A stretch of 55,309 nucleotides of DNA from Rhizaria sp. SCN 62-66 (Eukaryota), in assembly GCA_001724265.1 (NCBI GenBank), contig MEDY01000186.1:1-55309 (forward strand), written 5' to 3'. Made by a program: the position numbers and the translations under genes. This document shows, in pieces, positions 24,046 to 34,875 of the stretch. Under the pieces are notes generated by a model. It ran no database searches. It was not told the origin of the DNA and saw only the letters and a program-made list of their open reading frames with translations. Every line of letters begins with the position of its first letter. The first letter of the stretch is position 1.

Positions 24046-26794
24046 TCACTCGTCAGCATCGGCGACCTGCTCACTCAGGGCGGCGATGAAGTCAAGAAGC
24101 TCACTACGCTCAGCATCGCTCTCAACAAACACGGTCACCGCGCCACCGTCGTCTCCCATGCCACTGCCATAGGCGCTGCCGTCAAGCGGTGCAATAGTGA
24201 GCCCAAACCGGCCATCAACGAGAGCACCGGCAGGCAAAGCGCGCGCAGCGGCGGGTAACGCAACAGTTGTGGTCTCGCCACCTTCAAGTGTCCACGCGTC
24301 AACAACGCCAGTCGCGCCCGACCCCACAGTGCTTTCGCGCACTGCAGTGGTGACACGCACCACAATCTCGCCCGTGCCGACCATTTTGATGATGTCGGCA
24401 ACCACAGGCACCCACCCAGCGCTGTTGCCGCCGCCGCCAGCACTGCCGTGCGCGCCGTAGCCACCGGGCCCGACCACGCGCGCGTGACCGGCAACACGGC
24501 GGAGACGCACCTCGCGCTCCTCAAGGCGCTGGCGCATGGCGACGAGCCTGCGCGCGAGCCCCGCGTTGGCGGTCTTGGCGTCCTCGACTTCCTCCACCAG
24601 CTCTGCCACACGGGCACGCAGCGCCGAGACAGCAACGCGCGCGCGCGACCGCAGCAGCGCCGTCGCACGCAGCGGCGGCAGCGGTGCACCGCCCCACGCC
24701 GCGCGCGCCTGCGGGGGCATGGCGGCGGGTGTGGGCAGCTCAGAGGGGTCCCAGTCGCGAGGGTACTCGCCGTCAGTCAGAGTCAACGCGGCCTCATCGG
24801 CAGCTTCCTCCTCACCACTGCCGGCGCCTAACGCGCCTAGCGAGGCAGCGGGGCTGTTGCCGAGCGCGGCGGCCACAGCAAAGTCCTCAGCGCGCGCGGC
24901 GTGCTCGCGCAGCGCAGCCATCTCGCGCGCAGTCTCATTGCGCTCGTGCAGCAGCGCGCGCACAGCAGCACGCGCGGCCGCGGTTTCGGCGCGAGAAGCA
25001 GCGAGCTCGCTCTCGAGTGTGTCCGCGCGAGCGGTGGCCGTCGCAGCCGCGGTTCGCGCCGCGGTAGCAGCGGCAGCCGCGGCCGCAGCGGCACGCGCGC
25101 GCTCGAGCGCCTGCTCATGAAGACTGGCGAGCGCCGCGGCCGAGGCGTGCGTGAGGGTGAGGTGTGCAGCAGCAACGGCGCCGAACTCGAGACAGAGAGA
25201 CCGCAGCTTGGCGCGCATCACAGCCAACTGCGACGCCGTCCAAGACGAAGACGACGACGATAACGACGATGACGAAGCAGAGGAGGATGACGAGTTTGAG
25301 CCGCCATCGCGGTCACGGTCGCGGTGCTGCATCGCAGGCGCCACTCCCGCCATGGACGGCGGCAGCAAGCGCAGGAGATCAGCTACAAACAAGTCAACAG
25401 CATCCTCGTCGACCGCTCCCGCGGCGACGTATACCGACGCGGCGTGCTGATGGTGCCAGGGGAAGCCTGCCGAGGCTGCCGCGGCGTACGCAGGCGCGGG
25501 CCACGCTGGCACTCCGCCCTCCGCCTCACCGTCGCCCGCGCTGCCGCCTGTGCTCGAAGCGACCGCGGCACTAGCGTGTGGTTGCTTCGTGAAGAGTGTG
25601 GCGCACGTCGAGAACACGCTTGGCGTGGCCAGCGGCTGCGCAGTGTGGACACCAGCAGCGCCAGCAGCGCCACCAGCGGCGGCGGCGGCAGCACTCGCGT
25701 TCGGCGCCACAGCGGTGCGCGGAGGACGCCACAGCTGGCCACGCACAGCGCCAACGACCTCCGTCGCAGCGGCCTCTCCGTCGTCGGCGTCGCCGCCATC
25801 GCCGCCGCTACCGTCGCCGACTACCAGTCCCGCAGCCGCGGCGGCGGCGGCACCCACGCGCGGGCCGAGCAGCGATGGCTCCACGCGCCGCTGCGACGCT
25901 GCCACGGCCAGCGTGGCGACCGAGCGCAGCAACGGCCGCAGCTGCTGGGAGAGCGCGGCCCACTGCCGCCGCTGCTGCGCCGCGCCCGCTTCGGCCGCGG
26001 CCGCGCGCTGCTGCAGAGCTGCGCGCGCCGCGGCCTCGGCCAGGAGCGCGCGCCGCAGCACGCCCGCGCGCGCCGCCAGCGCGCTCACTGTCGCCGCGTG
26101 CGTGCCGTGCGACGCCGCCACCGCGGGCGGCGCGAACCCGTGACCCTGAGTGCCGTGCGCGTGCGCGTGTGCGTGTGTGGGGGGGAGCGCGGCGGGCGGT
26201 AGAGGGACGAGGGAAAACGAGGATGGAGAGTGCGACGAAGGGAAGTAGTTCGCAGTGAGCGCAGGAGACGCAGTGCCACTGCGGGCAGTGTCGCTGTTGC
26301 CGGCCGCGTGCTGCTGGTGCTGCTGCTGGTGCTGGTGCTGCTGTGGGTGCTGTGGCTGCGAAGGCATGCGCGAGTGCAACTGCATCGAGGATGTAAGCAC
26401 GCCCAAAGACTTGCCTTGCATCTGCGTTTCCGCGCCTTGATTCACCCGCTGCTGCTGTTGCTGTTGCTGCAGAGCTTGATCGTGCGACGAATGCTGTGAT
26501 AAGCGCTGTGGGGTCAGCGGCGTCTGCGCTTGTGGTTGTTGCTGCTGCTGTTGTTGTTGTTGCTGCTGTTGCTGCTGTTGCTGCTGTTGGAGTTGAGACT
26601 GCAGCAGCGACTGTGAGCGCAGCAAGCTCGCTCCCTGCATCGACATATGCTGTTGTTGCTGTTGCTGTTGTTGAGCCTGCTGCGCCAGCTGCACCTGCTG
26701 CTGCAGCTGCTGCATCTGCCGCATCTGTTGCGGAGAGAGAACAGACTGCGAGTGAGCCAGCGAACCCTGCTGCCACCCCACGCTGCCCACCTGA

Positions 26795-26826
<32 letters not shown>

Positions 26827-27711
26827 TGTATTTCCTCCCCCCGGATGTTGCGCAGATCCAGTGGCTGCTGGAGTGGGTGTGACAGGATGCATCGCATGCA
26901 GACGGGAGAGCGCGCCGCCAGTCGACGACAGCGCCTGCGTCGCTGCGGCCACAACACTCGCCGTGCCCATGCTGCCCACGCCACCGAGCCCACCACCAAG
27001 CCCGCCGCCGAGGCCGCCGCTGCCGAGGCCGCCGCTGCCGAGGCCGCCGCTGCCGAGGCCGCCGCTGCCGAGGCCGCCGCTGCCGAGGCCGCCACCGCCG
27101 ACCATAGCAGTGCTGCCTGGCGTATTACCAGCGGCGGCGCCAGTGCGCGCGCGACGATTAGACGGCGTGCCCAGACCCGCGCCGTAGCCCAACGCGATCG
27201 GCTGCGTGGCCGGTGAGCCTGCTGCGGAGGCGGGGACTGAGCCCGACGCGGACGATGATGAAGAGGAAGTTGACGTCGTCACGGGGGCCCCGGCGCCGTT
27301 GTTTGCGGCAGCTGTGGATAAAGGTGAAGACGGAAACGGCGCACCGACGCCAATAGCGGCCGCAGAAAGGTGTTGGTGGGGCGCGGGTGAAGATGGTGCG
27401 CCGCGCGCGTGCCAGACGGAGCCAGCACCGCCGTTGGCACTGCTAGATGCAGTCAGCGAGGAGGGGGAAGGGTGAAACGGCGCGGGGGCCGGCGGGGGAA
27501 CGAGCCCGGCCGCAGAGGGCAGGTGGGAGTGGTTCAGCGGAAGTGCTCCAGCACCAAAAGAGGACGAGTGCAGAATACCTCCGCCGCCACCGAACATGGA
27601 GGAAGAGATAGAGGGGGGGAATGCGGAGTGGTTGGTTGGCATCGAGCCCAACGGGGGACGCGCTGTACTGCGGCCAGTCTGCTGCTGGGGCAGCTTCTAA
27701 GGTGTTGACAT
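24046..27711 (-). CDS. Low-complexity (polyQ, Gly, Ala) coiled-coil protein, possible divergent C-terminal PH-like domain; in-frame TAG at codon 5 if the start is ATG 27711
   Basis: The 1201-aa ORF extends in frame to ATG TCA ACA CCT TAG AAG CTG CCC CAG CAG CAG. Alternative start is ATG 27642. The C-terminus TVFVESDAERSELLDFIAAL resembles a PH terminal helix. Ends TGA. Confidence 0.7.
27007..27093 (-). repeat. 15-bp tandem repeat (GCCGAGGCCGCCGCT on +), 5 perfect copies plus a partial, encoding GGLGS repeats
   Basis: Read directly from the sequence. Confidence 0.95.
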
Positions 27712-28032
27712 GCCCTAAAAAGCGCGGTCTTATCGCATATCAGGTGTCTTACTGACTGAAAACGTAGCAGAGGTCTGTTTAAGAGCGTTTGCTGTGCCGA
27801 CCGTTCCTCAATTGCAACGGTTCGACCAGGTCACGAGGCGGAGTCTAAAAGAAGGATTTTGCAAGATAACAGGAAAGAATACCATTGTAATTAAGTGTCG
27901 TTGTCTTAAATTGTGTTTTATAATTCCTACACGGCAAGACACCGCAAACAACGGATTTTATAAGAAAAATCTTGTTCACTGAAAAGACTTGACTCTCCAA
28001 GTCTGCCCGTGGTGATATTTTGAGAACCCCAC

Positions 28033-28077
28033 CCCCCCAAAGGGACGGGGCTCTCAACCCCCCGAAGGGACGGGGCT
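28033..28077. repeat. Short direct repeat CCCCCC(A/G)AAGGGACGGGGCT x2 in an intergenic region
   Basis: Two near-identical ~20-bp copies about 25 bp apart. Confidence 0.75.
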
Positions 28078-28445
28078 GTCGAAGAATGCGCAACTACAAT
28101 GTATGGGGAGATTAGATGTAGACGTAGAATTTAAGGAGATATATGATGTTTATATGTAAGGATACCAAGGAATATGCTCAATAATGCTGTATATCGAAGA
28201 CTGTATTGAGGGGAAATAAAAATCAAGTTTGTACTTTCCAAGACGTGGAGATCGAAGTGGGCTAACTTTGCAACTGAATACGGACGCTTGGGATTGTCCA
28301 GAGTTCATTATTTGTATATGCCATGAGACTAATAGAGATAAAACGTTATCTTACCATTTATCACAACGAGAACTCTTCATAATCTCTCATACGCCATCAC
28401 GTGTTCCTTCCTTCGCGCCTACATCTCAGACCCGCTTCTGCTTGG

Positions 28446-28889
28446 ATGTCTGTTCTAAAGCGCTACACGCAGCTCCCAACCCACCTCGTGCACATCGGCC
28501 GGCTTCCGGTCTCTCTGCGCGTGTTCAACCCGGCAAAGCGGTCCTGGGACCTGAAGCTGCACGACGGTAAGGTGCTTCCGATGAAGGCCGACAAGTACGT
28601 CGAGCCCAACGGCATGTCGATGCGGCCGCCCAAAAGCGAGAAGATGCGCCACACCGTGAGCACGTGGTAGGGCAACGAAGCGCGCGTGTACTTCCTCTAC
28701 GAGGGCTTCCCCATGCCCGAGGGGCTGGTGCTGGTGCACGAGCACACGGACCACTACTCGGTGCAGACGTCGGAGCCGTGCACGCTGCCCGAGCTCAACG
28801 CCAAGATCACTGCGCTCCTCCAGAGGGCCTCGTCGCAGACGCCCGAGGAGTTTCTCCGCCCGCTCACCGAATCAGATCAGGACAACTAA
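28446..28889 (+). CDS. Tse2-like ADP-ribosyltransferase toxin-family protein (147 aa) with in-frame TAG 28668-28670
   Basis: ORFs 28401-28670 and 28686-28889 share a frame. Joined, they show PNGMSMRP...EGxPxPEGLVLVHEHTDHYSVQ..PCTLPELN, as recalled for eukaryotic Tse2-type ADP-ribosyltransferases. Ends TAA. It would be a pseudogene under the standard code. Confidence 0.75.
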
Positions 28890-29665
28890 GCCAGCGGCGC
28901 GCGAGCGAACGAGCTAAAAAGCCAGCGTCCCAGCGACAAGAGACGATGGACGTAATAAAGATACCCTTTTGAGCTAAACTGGAACAAGTGTATTGGTGTG
29001 GTCTTCTCGTAATCTGCTGCAGCCAGACTATTTTATCGGTCCAGTTGCTGCCTTGCCAGACACTTCTTCAACAGTTTTATATCTGCTCCTAGTTTGTGTA
29101 ATATCCCGGTCAACTAAGGTGTCGGATGCTGTCACGCTGCGTAACAGACGGTGACAGCGTCTTGCGCTATGACAACCGGTGTGAGTCTCAATAGCAATGA
29201 AGTACATTTTCTAGGGATTGTCAGATCATCTAACCATAACCTTTCAATAAATGTCCAAATTGACGTACTTGAGATCTCCTGCGTCTTCCTACTGATATGA
29301 TTTACTTCGCAGCTGCACACAGTCACGTTGCTGCGAGCTTGGATTCCAAAGCTTTGTGCGTGATATTCTTCTTCATATCTTGTAGTTTGCTGTTAATATT
29401 TTGAATGCATCTGAGTAGGCGTATGGTTGTTTCGAAATATCTTTCTTCTGTTATTGGTAATATGGGAGTCTGCTCACTCGTCGAGAGAGTGATGACGTGG
29501 CGGGGTGACTCCCTTTTCTGCGAGAGTTTTCTGGGTTGTGTGATCGTAATATTTTGTTTGTGTTTTTGTGTGCTTTTTCTTATTATTTGGTGAAGTGCTT
29601 TTCATTATAAATCCTGATTTATGGTCACCACAGACGAACATTGTGTCTTCAAATTTGTTCTTACC

Positions 29666-30560
29666 TTACTCCAGGCCAAATGCCTTGCAGTGCTGTTCCA
29701 ACTTAGAGCCTCCAAGCGCTTTGGTGTTAATGTCTGCGGTCATCTCAGCCGTGCCAATGTCCTTGACATCGATGCCGTAGTGGTGGACTTGGTTGCGCAC
29801 AGCGCATTTCTTACAGATGTCGATGTGCTTGGTCCACCCGTGGTGCTCGGGGTTCAGGATCGTGTCGATGGCGCTCTTGTTGTCGAGGCAGAGTGTGATC
29901 GGCGCCGTCCTGCCCGTGATCTTGGCGTGAATCGGTTGCGCCCAGAGTGCGTCCTTGGTTGTCTCAGCTGCCGCGACAAACTCAGCTTCAGTGCTGGACT
30001 CTGAGACGAGAGTCTGCTTGCGCGTGAACCAGCTGAATGGGCTGCCACAGTATAGCACCACGGCGCCTGAGGTCGACCGCTTGTCAACGACGTCGCCCGC
30101 CTAATCCGAGTCTGAGAGTGCCGTAATGGTCTCGTTCCCGTTTGAGCGGCCGGCCAGATGAAGCTTGTAATGCTTGGTGCCCTTGAGGTAGCGCAGAACG
30201 CGCTTCTGTGACAGTCGAATGGTCTTGATCGTGCCAGTTTATGAGGTGCTGGAGATATCTGACTACGAACGCAATGTCACTGCGACCGCAGCGGACCAAA
30301 TAGCCAAGCTGAGCAGTGAGACGCGTGTAGTTGTCTTTGCTGTTGTCGTTGTAGCTGATGTCGTACTCGTAGTCGCGGTGGGCGTCGGGGCTGGTCGCCG
30401 TTGCATCGCCGCCAGGTGAGCTGCGCTGCTGCGCCGCGACCGCCGCGATGACGGGCAGCTTCCTCTTCGGCTGCATTGGCGTTGGCGCGGTGTTGGCGTT
30501 GCGCATGCCCCACTCAGCCAGCAGGTCATCGACGACATGCCTTGATCGCGTCCACCTCAC
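29666..30560 (-). mobile_element. Degenerate Ty1/copia LTR retrotransposon pol fragment (RT C-terminus plus RNase H)
   Basis: GMRNANTAPTPM, RSDIAFVV, KRVLRYLKGT, SDSD*AGD..DKRSTSG, SWFTRKQTLVSESSTEAEFVAA, DNKSAI, TKHIDI, ADINTKAL. Frameshift near 30205 and TAG at the conserved Trp (30101-30103). No gag, integrase or LTR recognised. Confidence 0.93.
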
Positions 30561-30841
30561 GACGTTGCCATTTGAGGCGAGACCGACTGGTGTTGCGATA
30601 CGGCCAGTGCCACTGGAACTGCCGCTGTAGCTGTGGGCATTGCCAAGTCGTGAGATCAGAACTTAGCTAGTCAATTTAGATATCGCCAAACAATGCGCAT
30701 TCGTACTTATAACTCGGTGTTGCAAGGTATCGATTAAAATCAATGTCTATAGTGTCTATTGAATAGAAAATAAACTCTAAATAACCATTCAAGCTTCAAT
30801 AATCAAATAATATCTCGTGCTGCAGGCACCATCACATTATC

Positions 30842-33800
30842 TTACTCCAGCATCATCGGGTCGTCCACGATGGGCAGTCCCATAAGCGAGAGCAAATACC
30901 CCTGCCGCACCACATGGCGCCTACACTGGCCCTGCGGCGCTACCATAGCGTCTTCTTCGCGCAGATCCACCATCGTCGCCGTCTTCGCGCCACCGCTGGA
31001 CACGCTGTTGCTGCTGTTGTTATTGTTGTAGCTGCTGTTGCAAGCGCGGAGACGTGCGAGTAGTTCTTCCTCCACAGCGGGCCGCGTGAGCCACCAGTGC
31101 CACATCGCGCTCAGCGACGGCGCGCGCACCAGCCGCGGCTCACGGTCCCACTCGCTGCCGCAGTCGCGCTCGAAAGCATTGCCGCCATGAGCGGGGGCGA
31201 GGTGGATGCTGTTGTGGCTGCCCGCGGCGCTGCCGTGGCCGAGTGACCGCACGTGACTATGCGCGTGACTGTAGGTCGACGCGTGTTCGGAGCCTTCTTC
31301 AATGCAGCTCAGGCGGCGGTCCACGCTCGCGTTCAAGTCCACCGCGACAGAGACATTCGTACTCGAGCTGCTCTTTGCCTCATCCTCGTAATCCGTCGCG
31401 CTCTTGGCCTCAGCAGTGGCGCTCTTAGCCTCAGCATCAGCATTCATGCCAACAGCGTCAGTAGAGCCGTATGACTTGTCCATCGCCGCACTGGGCGCAA
31501 TTGCAGTGTTCGACACGTTCGTAGCCACAGCGGCAGCCGCGGCGGCAGCGGCAGCAGAGGCAGCAGCAGACGCGGCGGCAGCGGCCCTGTGCGCTGCGAG
31601 CGCGGCCGCCGTAAGCCCCCGCAGCGCGGCGCGCTCGAGCCCCCAGTGCATTCCGGCGACCGCGAGCAAGTACGCGGCGGCCAGGAGCGGAGAAGTCTCG
31701 CCGGACAGCGCGGTCGCGGCCCACGCGGCCGACAGCGCGCCCTCGCCCGCGGCGGAGTCGCCGCCAGAGAGCGCAGTGGGGAGGCCGACGGTGCGGAGAG
31801 ACAGTGACAGCGCGAGGGCGTTGTGCAGCGCGTGCAGCAACACGGCGGCGAACCAGCCGGCGCCGAAGAGCCCCACGCGCAGCAGCGAGAAGCTCCGCGC
31901 AGCGACAGGCTCCGCCGCCGCGCTCATCCCGTACCCACTGTAGGCGCTTCCGCGGGGGCTGTGGGTGCGGTGGGCGGCGGCGTGGGAGAGCAGGTTCACG
32001 GGGGCGCGCTTGGCGGGAGGCGCGAAGCGCTGCAGCGCGGCGGGCAGCACCACCGTCGCGGGCGGCATCGGACCGGCCACGCGAGCAATATTCGCGTTGG
32101 CGACAGTATTCGTGTTGCTTTGGATGCGCGCAGCGGAAGTGGTGTCGACGACCGAGATAACGCCACCAGCAGCGGGAGAAACCGCGCCACGCGCCACGGC
32201 AACGGTTGCGACAGCGGCGGCGGCGGCCAGCGCGGCGTCCGCAGCGGCCGCGGCAAGCGCAGTCTCCGGTGGACAAACAGCCACGGAGCCGTCCGCAGCG
32301 ACGACGACGCACGCACTGCGCGCCGTTGCGGCCGCGAGCTCTTCCTCCTGCTCCGCACTCAGCCGGCCCAGCTGCGCAGAGGCGGCGGAGCTCGCGGTCA
32401 CAGCCGCAGTAGGCGAGAGCGCGGGCCTGCGCGCGCCGGCGACCGCGAAGAGCGCGTACACGATGAGCGTGCGCAGCCCGAGGAGCGTAAGCGCAAACAC
32501 CGCCAGCAGCGCGAGTGCCAGGGCGGCGACGGCGGTGCCGGCCAGCGCCGCCGCGGCCGTGGCAGTCGCGGGGGACACGGCCGCCGCGCCGCCGCTGGGC
32601 AGGATGGCGGCGAGCAGACTCGCGTACGTCGCGCGAAGCAGCGGCGCGGCGGCGACTGGGCCGGGGGCGTAGCCCAGCGCGAGCGGGTGCGACGCGTGCG
32701 CGGCCGGGACAAGCCAGGGCGAGAGCAGCAGGGGCGGCAGATGCCACAGCAGCCACGCTGTGGTGACGGCGCGCGACACCCAGAGCACGGGCGACACGGC
32801 AGCGGTCTTGGCGGCCGCGCGCGGACCGCGGGTGTAGGAGTGGAACGCACGCAGAGCAAGCGGGGTGAGGAGGGCGGACCAGGCAAGCTCTTCCCAGGCG
32901 GCGAGAAGCAGCCACGACACGGGCGCAACGGGCGCAGCGGTCACGAGCTCGTCGTCGCCCACGGCCACACTCGCGGTCTCGGCACCGTCGTTCTTGACGT
33001 GACTAGCTGTCGTGGACACGGAGACGGCGGTGGGGAGTCCCCATGTATCGTCCCACAGCAGACCCGCAGTCGCGGCAACGCCAGCCTCGCCGGCAGCGGC
33101 CAGCGCGCCCTTGGGCACCGCGCGCGCCGCCGCCGCGACCGCACCACGGACACGGGCGCTCACTGAGCCATGGTGGTCGCTATCCATCGTGCCGTCGCTG
33201 CCGTCTGCCGCTGGAGCAGGACTGAGAGCGCGGTCAAGCCCCAAGTGGCGCGCGGACCGCTCGTACACGGCCTGCGCACCCGCCACACTAACGAACCCGC
33301 TGCTCTTGGCATTCACCGTGCCACCGGTCAGGCTCGAGTCAACACCGGCGTCAGAGCCGGCGGGGTCGAGAAAGACCGTGGGCGCGGCGGGGAAAACGGC
33401 GCACGCGGGGGCAAGCGCGCACTGGAGCGGGATGACCGTGAGCGCGAGCAGCAGCGCCAGCAGCGCGGCCGAGGCGAGCGCCACGGTCAACGGGCCCGCG
33501 CGGCGCGGGAGCAGACAGCGCAGCCAGCGCGCGCCGCGGGAGGACACTGCTGGCGCGGGCGCGTGAGACAGTAGCGGGTGCGGAAAGGTGACAACGCACG
33601 CGCCTTGAGCGCCAACGTCAGCAACCTTCGCGTTTGCCTCAGCCTTAGCCTCGGCCTCGGCCTCGTCATCGCCGTTGTCGTCGCTGTCGCTGCCACAGTC
33701 CGGGTCGGCATTGTCGTGCACGCGGCGCACGCCACGGGACAAACGCTGCGGCCCGCAGCAGAGGCAGGGCGCGACCTCCGCGAGCGTCAGCAGGCCCAGC

Positions 33801-34834
33801 CGCGCAAACGCCGCCCAGCACCGACGCCCGCGGCCTCTCCCGGCAGCCGAGCCCGCCGCGACAGCGGCCTGACCGCGGCCGCGGCCGCCGCCGCCGCCAC
33901 GGCGACCGGCAGTGAGTGGAGGATGACGCCACATTAGGCCGGTGTCGCGCTCAGCGGCCGACGCTGTGTGCTTGCTATAGCTATAGCTACTGCTGCTGCT
34001 GCTGCGGGAAGGTGAGAGCGAGACTGATGGCGCGGCGAGCGCGCGTGCCAGCGCAGTACGTGACGGCAGCAGCGAGCCGCCCGCGAGCCGCGTGGACACG
34101 GCCGTGGCGGCCGCGTTGCCCGCACAGGAAGCCCCCGCGGCCGGGGACGCGCCGGGAAGCGGCGGCAGCGCAGCGGCGGCCTGGGCCCACGTGGCGGCAC
34201 CGGCGCCCAGGGGCGGCGGCGACGGCGGCGCCGAGGGGGGCAGGAACATGAGCGCAGACGGAGGTCGCGCAACAGCACCTGCAGTGTGCGCGTGATGACT
34301 GTGACTATGACTGTGAGCGGTGGCGGGGCAGGAGGCGTCGCAGACCGCGGCACCGCTGCTGTTGCGGCGCGCGAGCTGCCGCATGCGCCCGCTCCCATCG
34401 CGGTACGAACCGCCATTGACGGCAAGGGCGTCAGAGTCCGAGTCCGAGTCGCCCTCCGCCGGCGCCAGCAGCAGCACGTCCTGCCCGTGGCTGCCGCGGT
34501 CGCCGCCGCGAGTGCGGTGTCGCGAGGACGCGGGCACGAGCTGCGGACTAGCCGCGGCCGACGTCCCTGCGCTGAAGCCAGAGCCGAGGCCGTATGCGTA
34601 GCTGCTGAATAGCGAGACGAGGGCCGAGTCGTCGAACAAGGCCGCCGCGGCCACGTCGTCGTCGTAGTGCGCGCTGCCGCTGCCCCGAGGACGGCGGTGC
34701 AAATTCGCGCCTGCGACCGCGCCCGCCGCGACTGCGCTGTTGCTGCCAGCACCACTGTTGTGGTGAAAGTGGGCCGTGTGCGGCGCGTAGTCGTCGTAGT
34801 CGTTGTAGTAATACCCAGCCGCAGCGGCGACGGA

Positions 34835-34875
<41 letters not shown>

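Noticed and set aside
28981-29660. Possible 3' LTR or second mobile-element remnant next to the copia fragment
   Set aside because: No polypurine tract, clear TG..CA boundary, partner LTR or recognisable protein motif.
30101-30103. In-frame TAG in copia RNase H (SDSD*AGD) at a conserved Trp, which could suggest UAG=Trp
   Set aside because: The element is decayed (frameshift, truncation) and TGG>TAG is a single transition, so it is not counted as code evidence.
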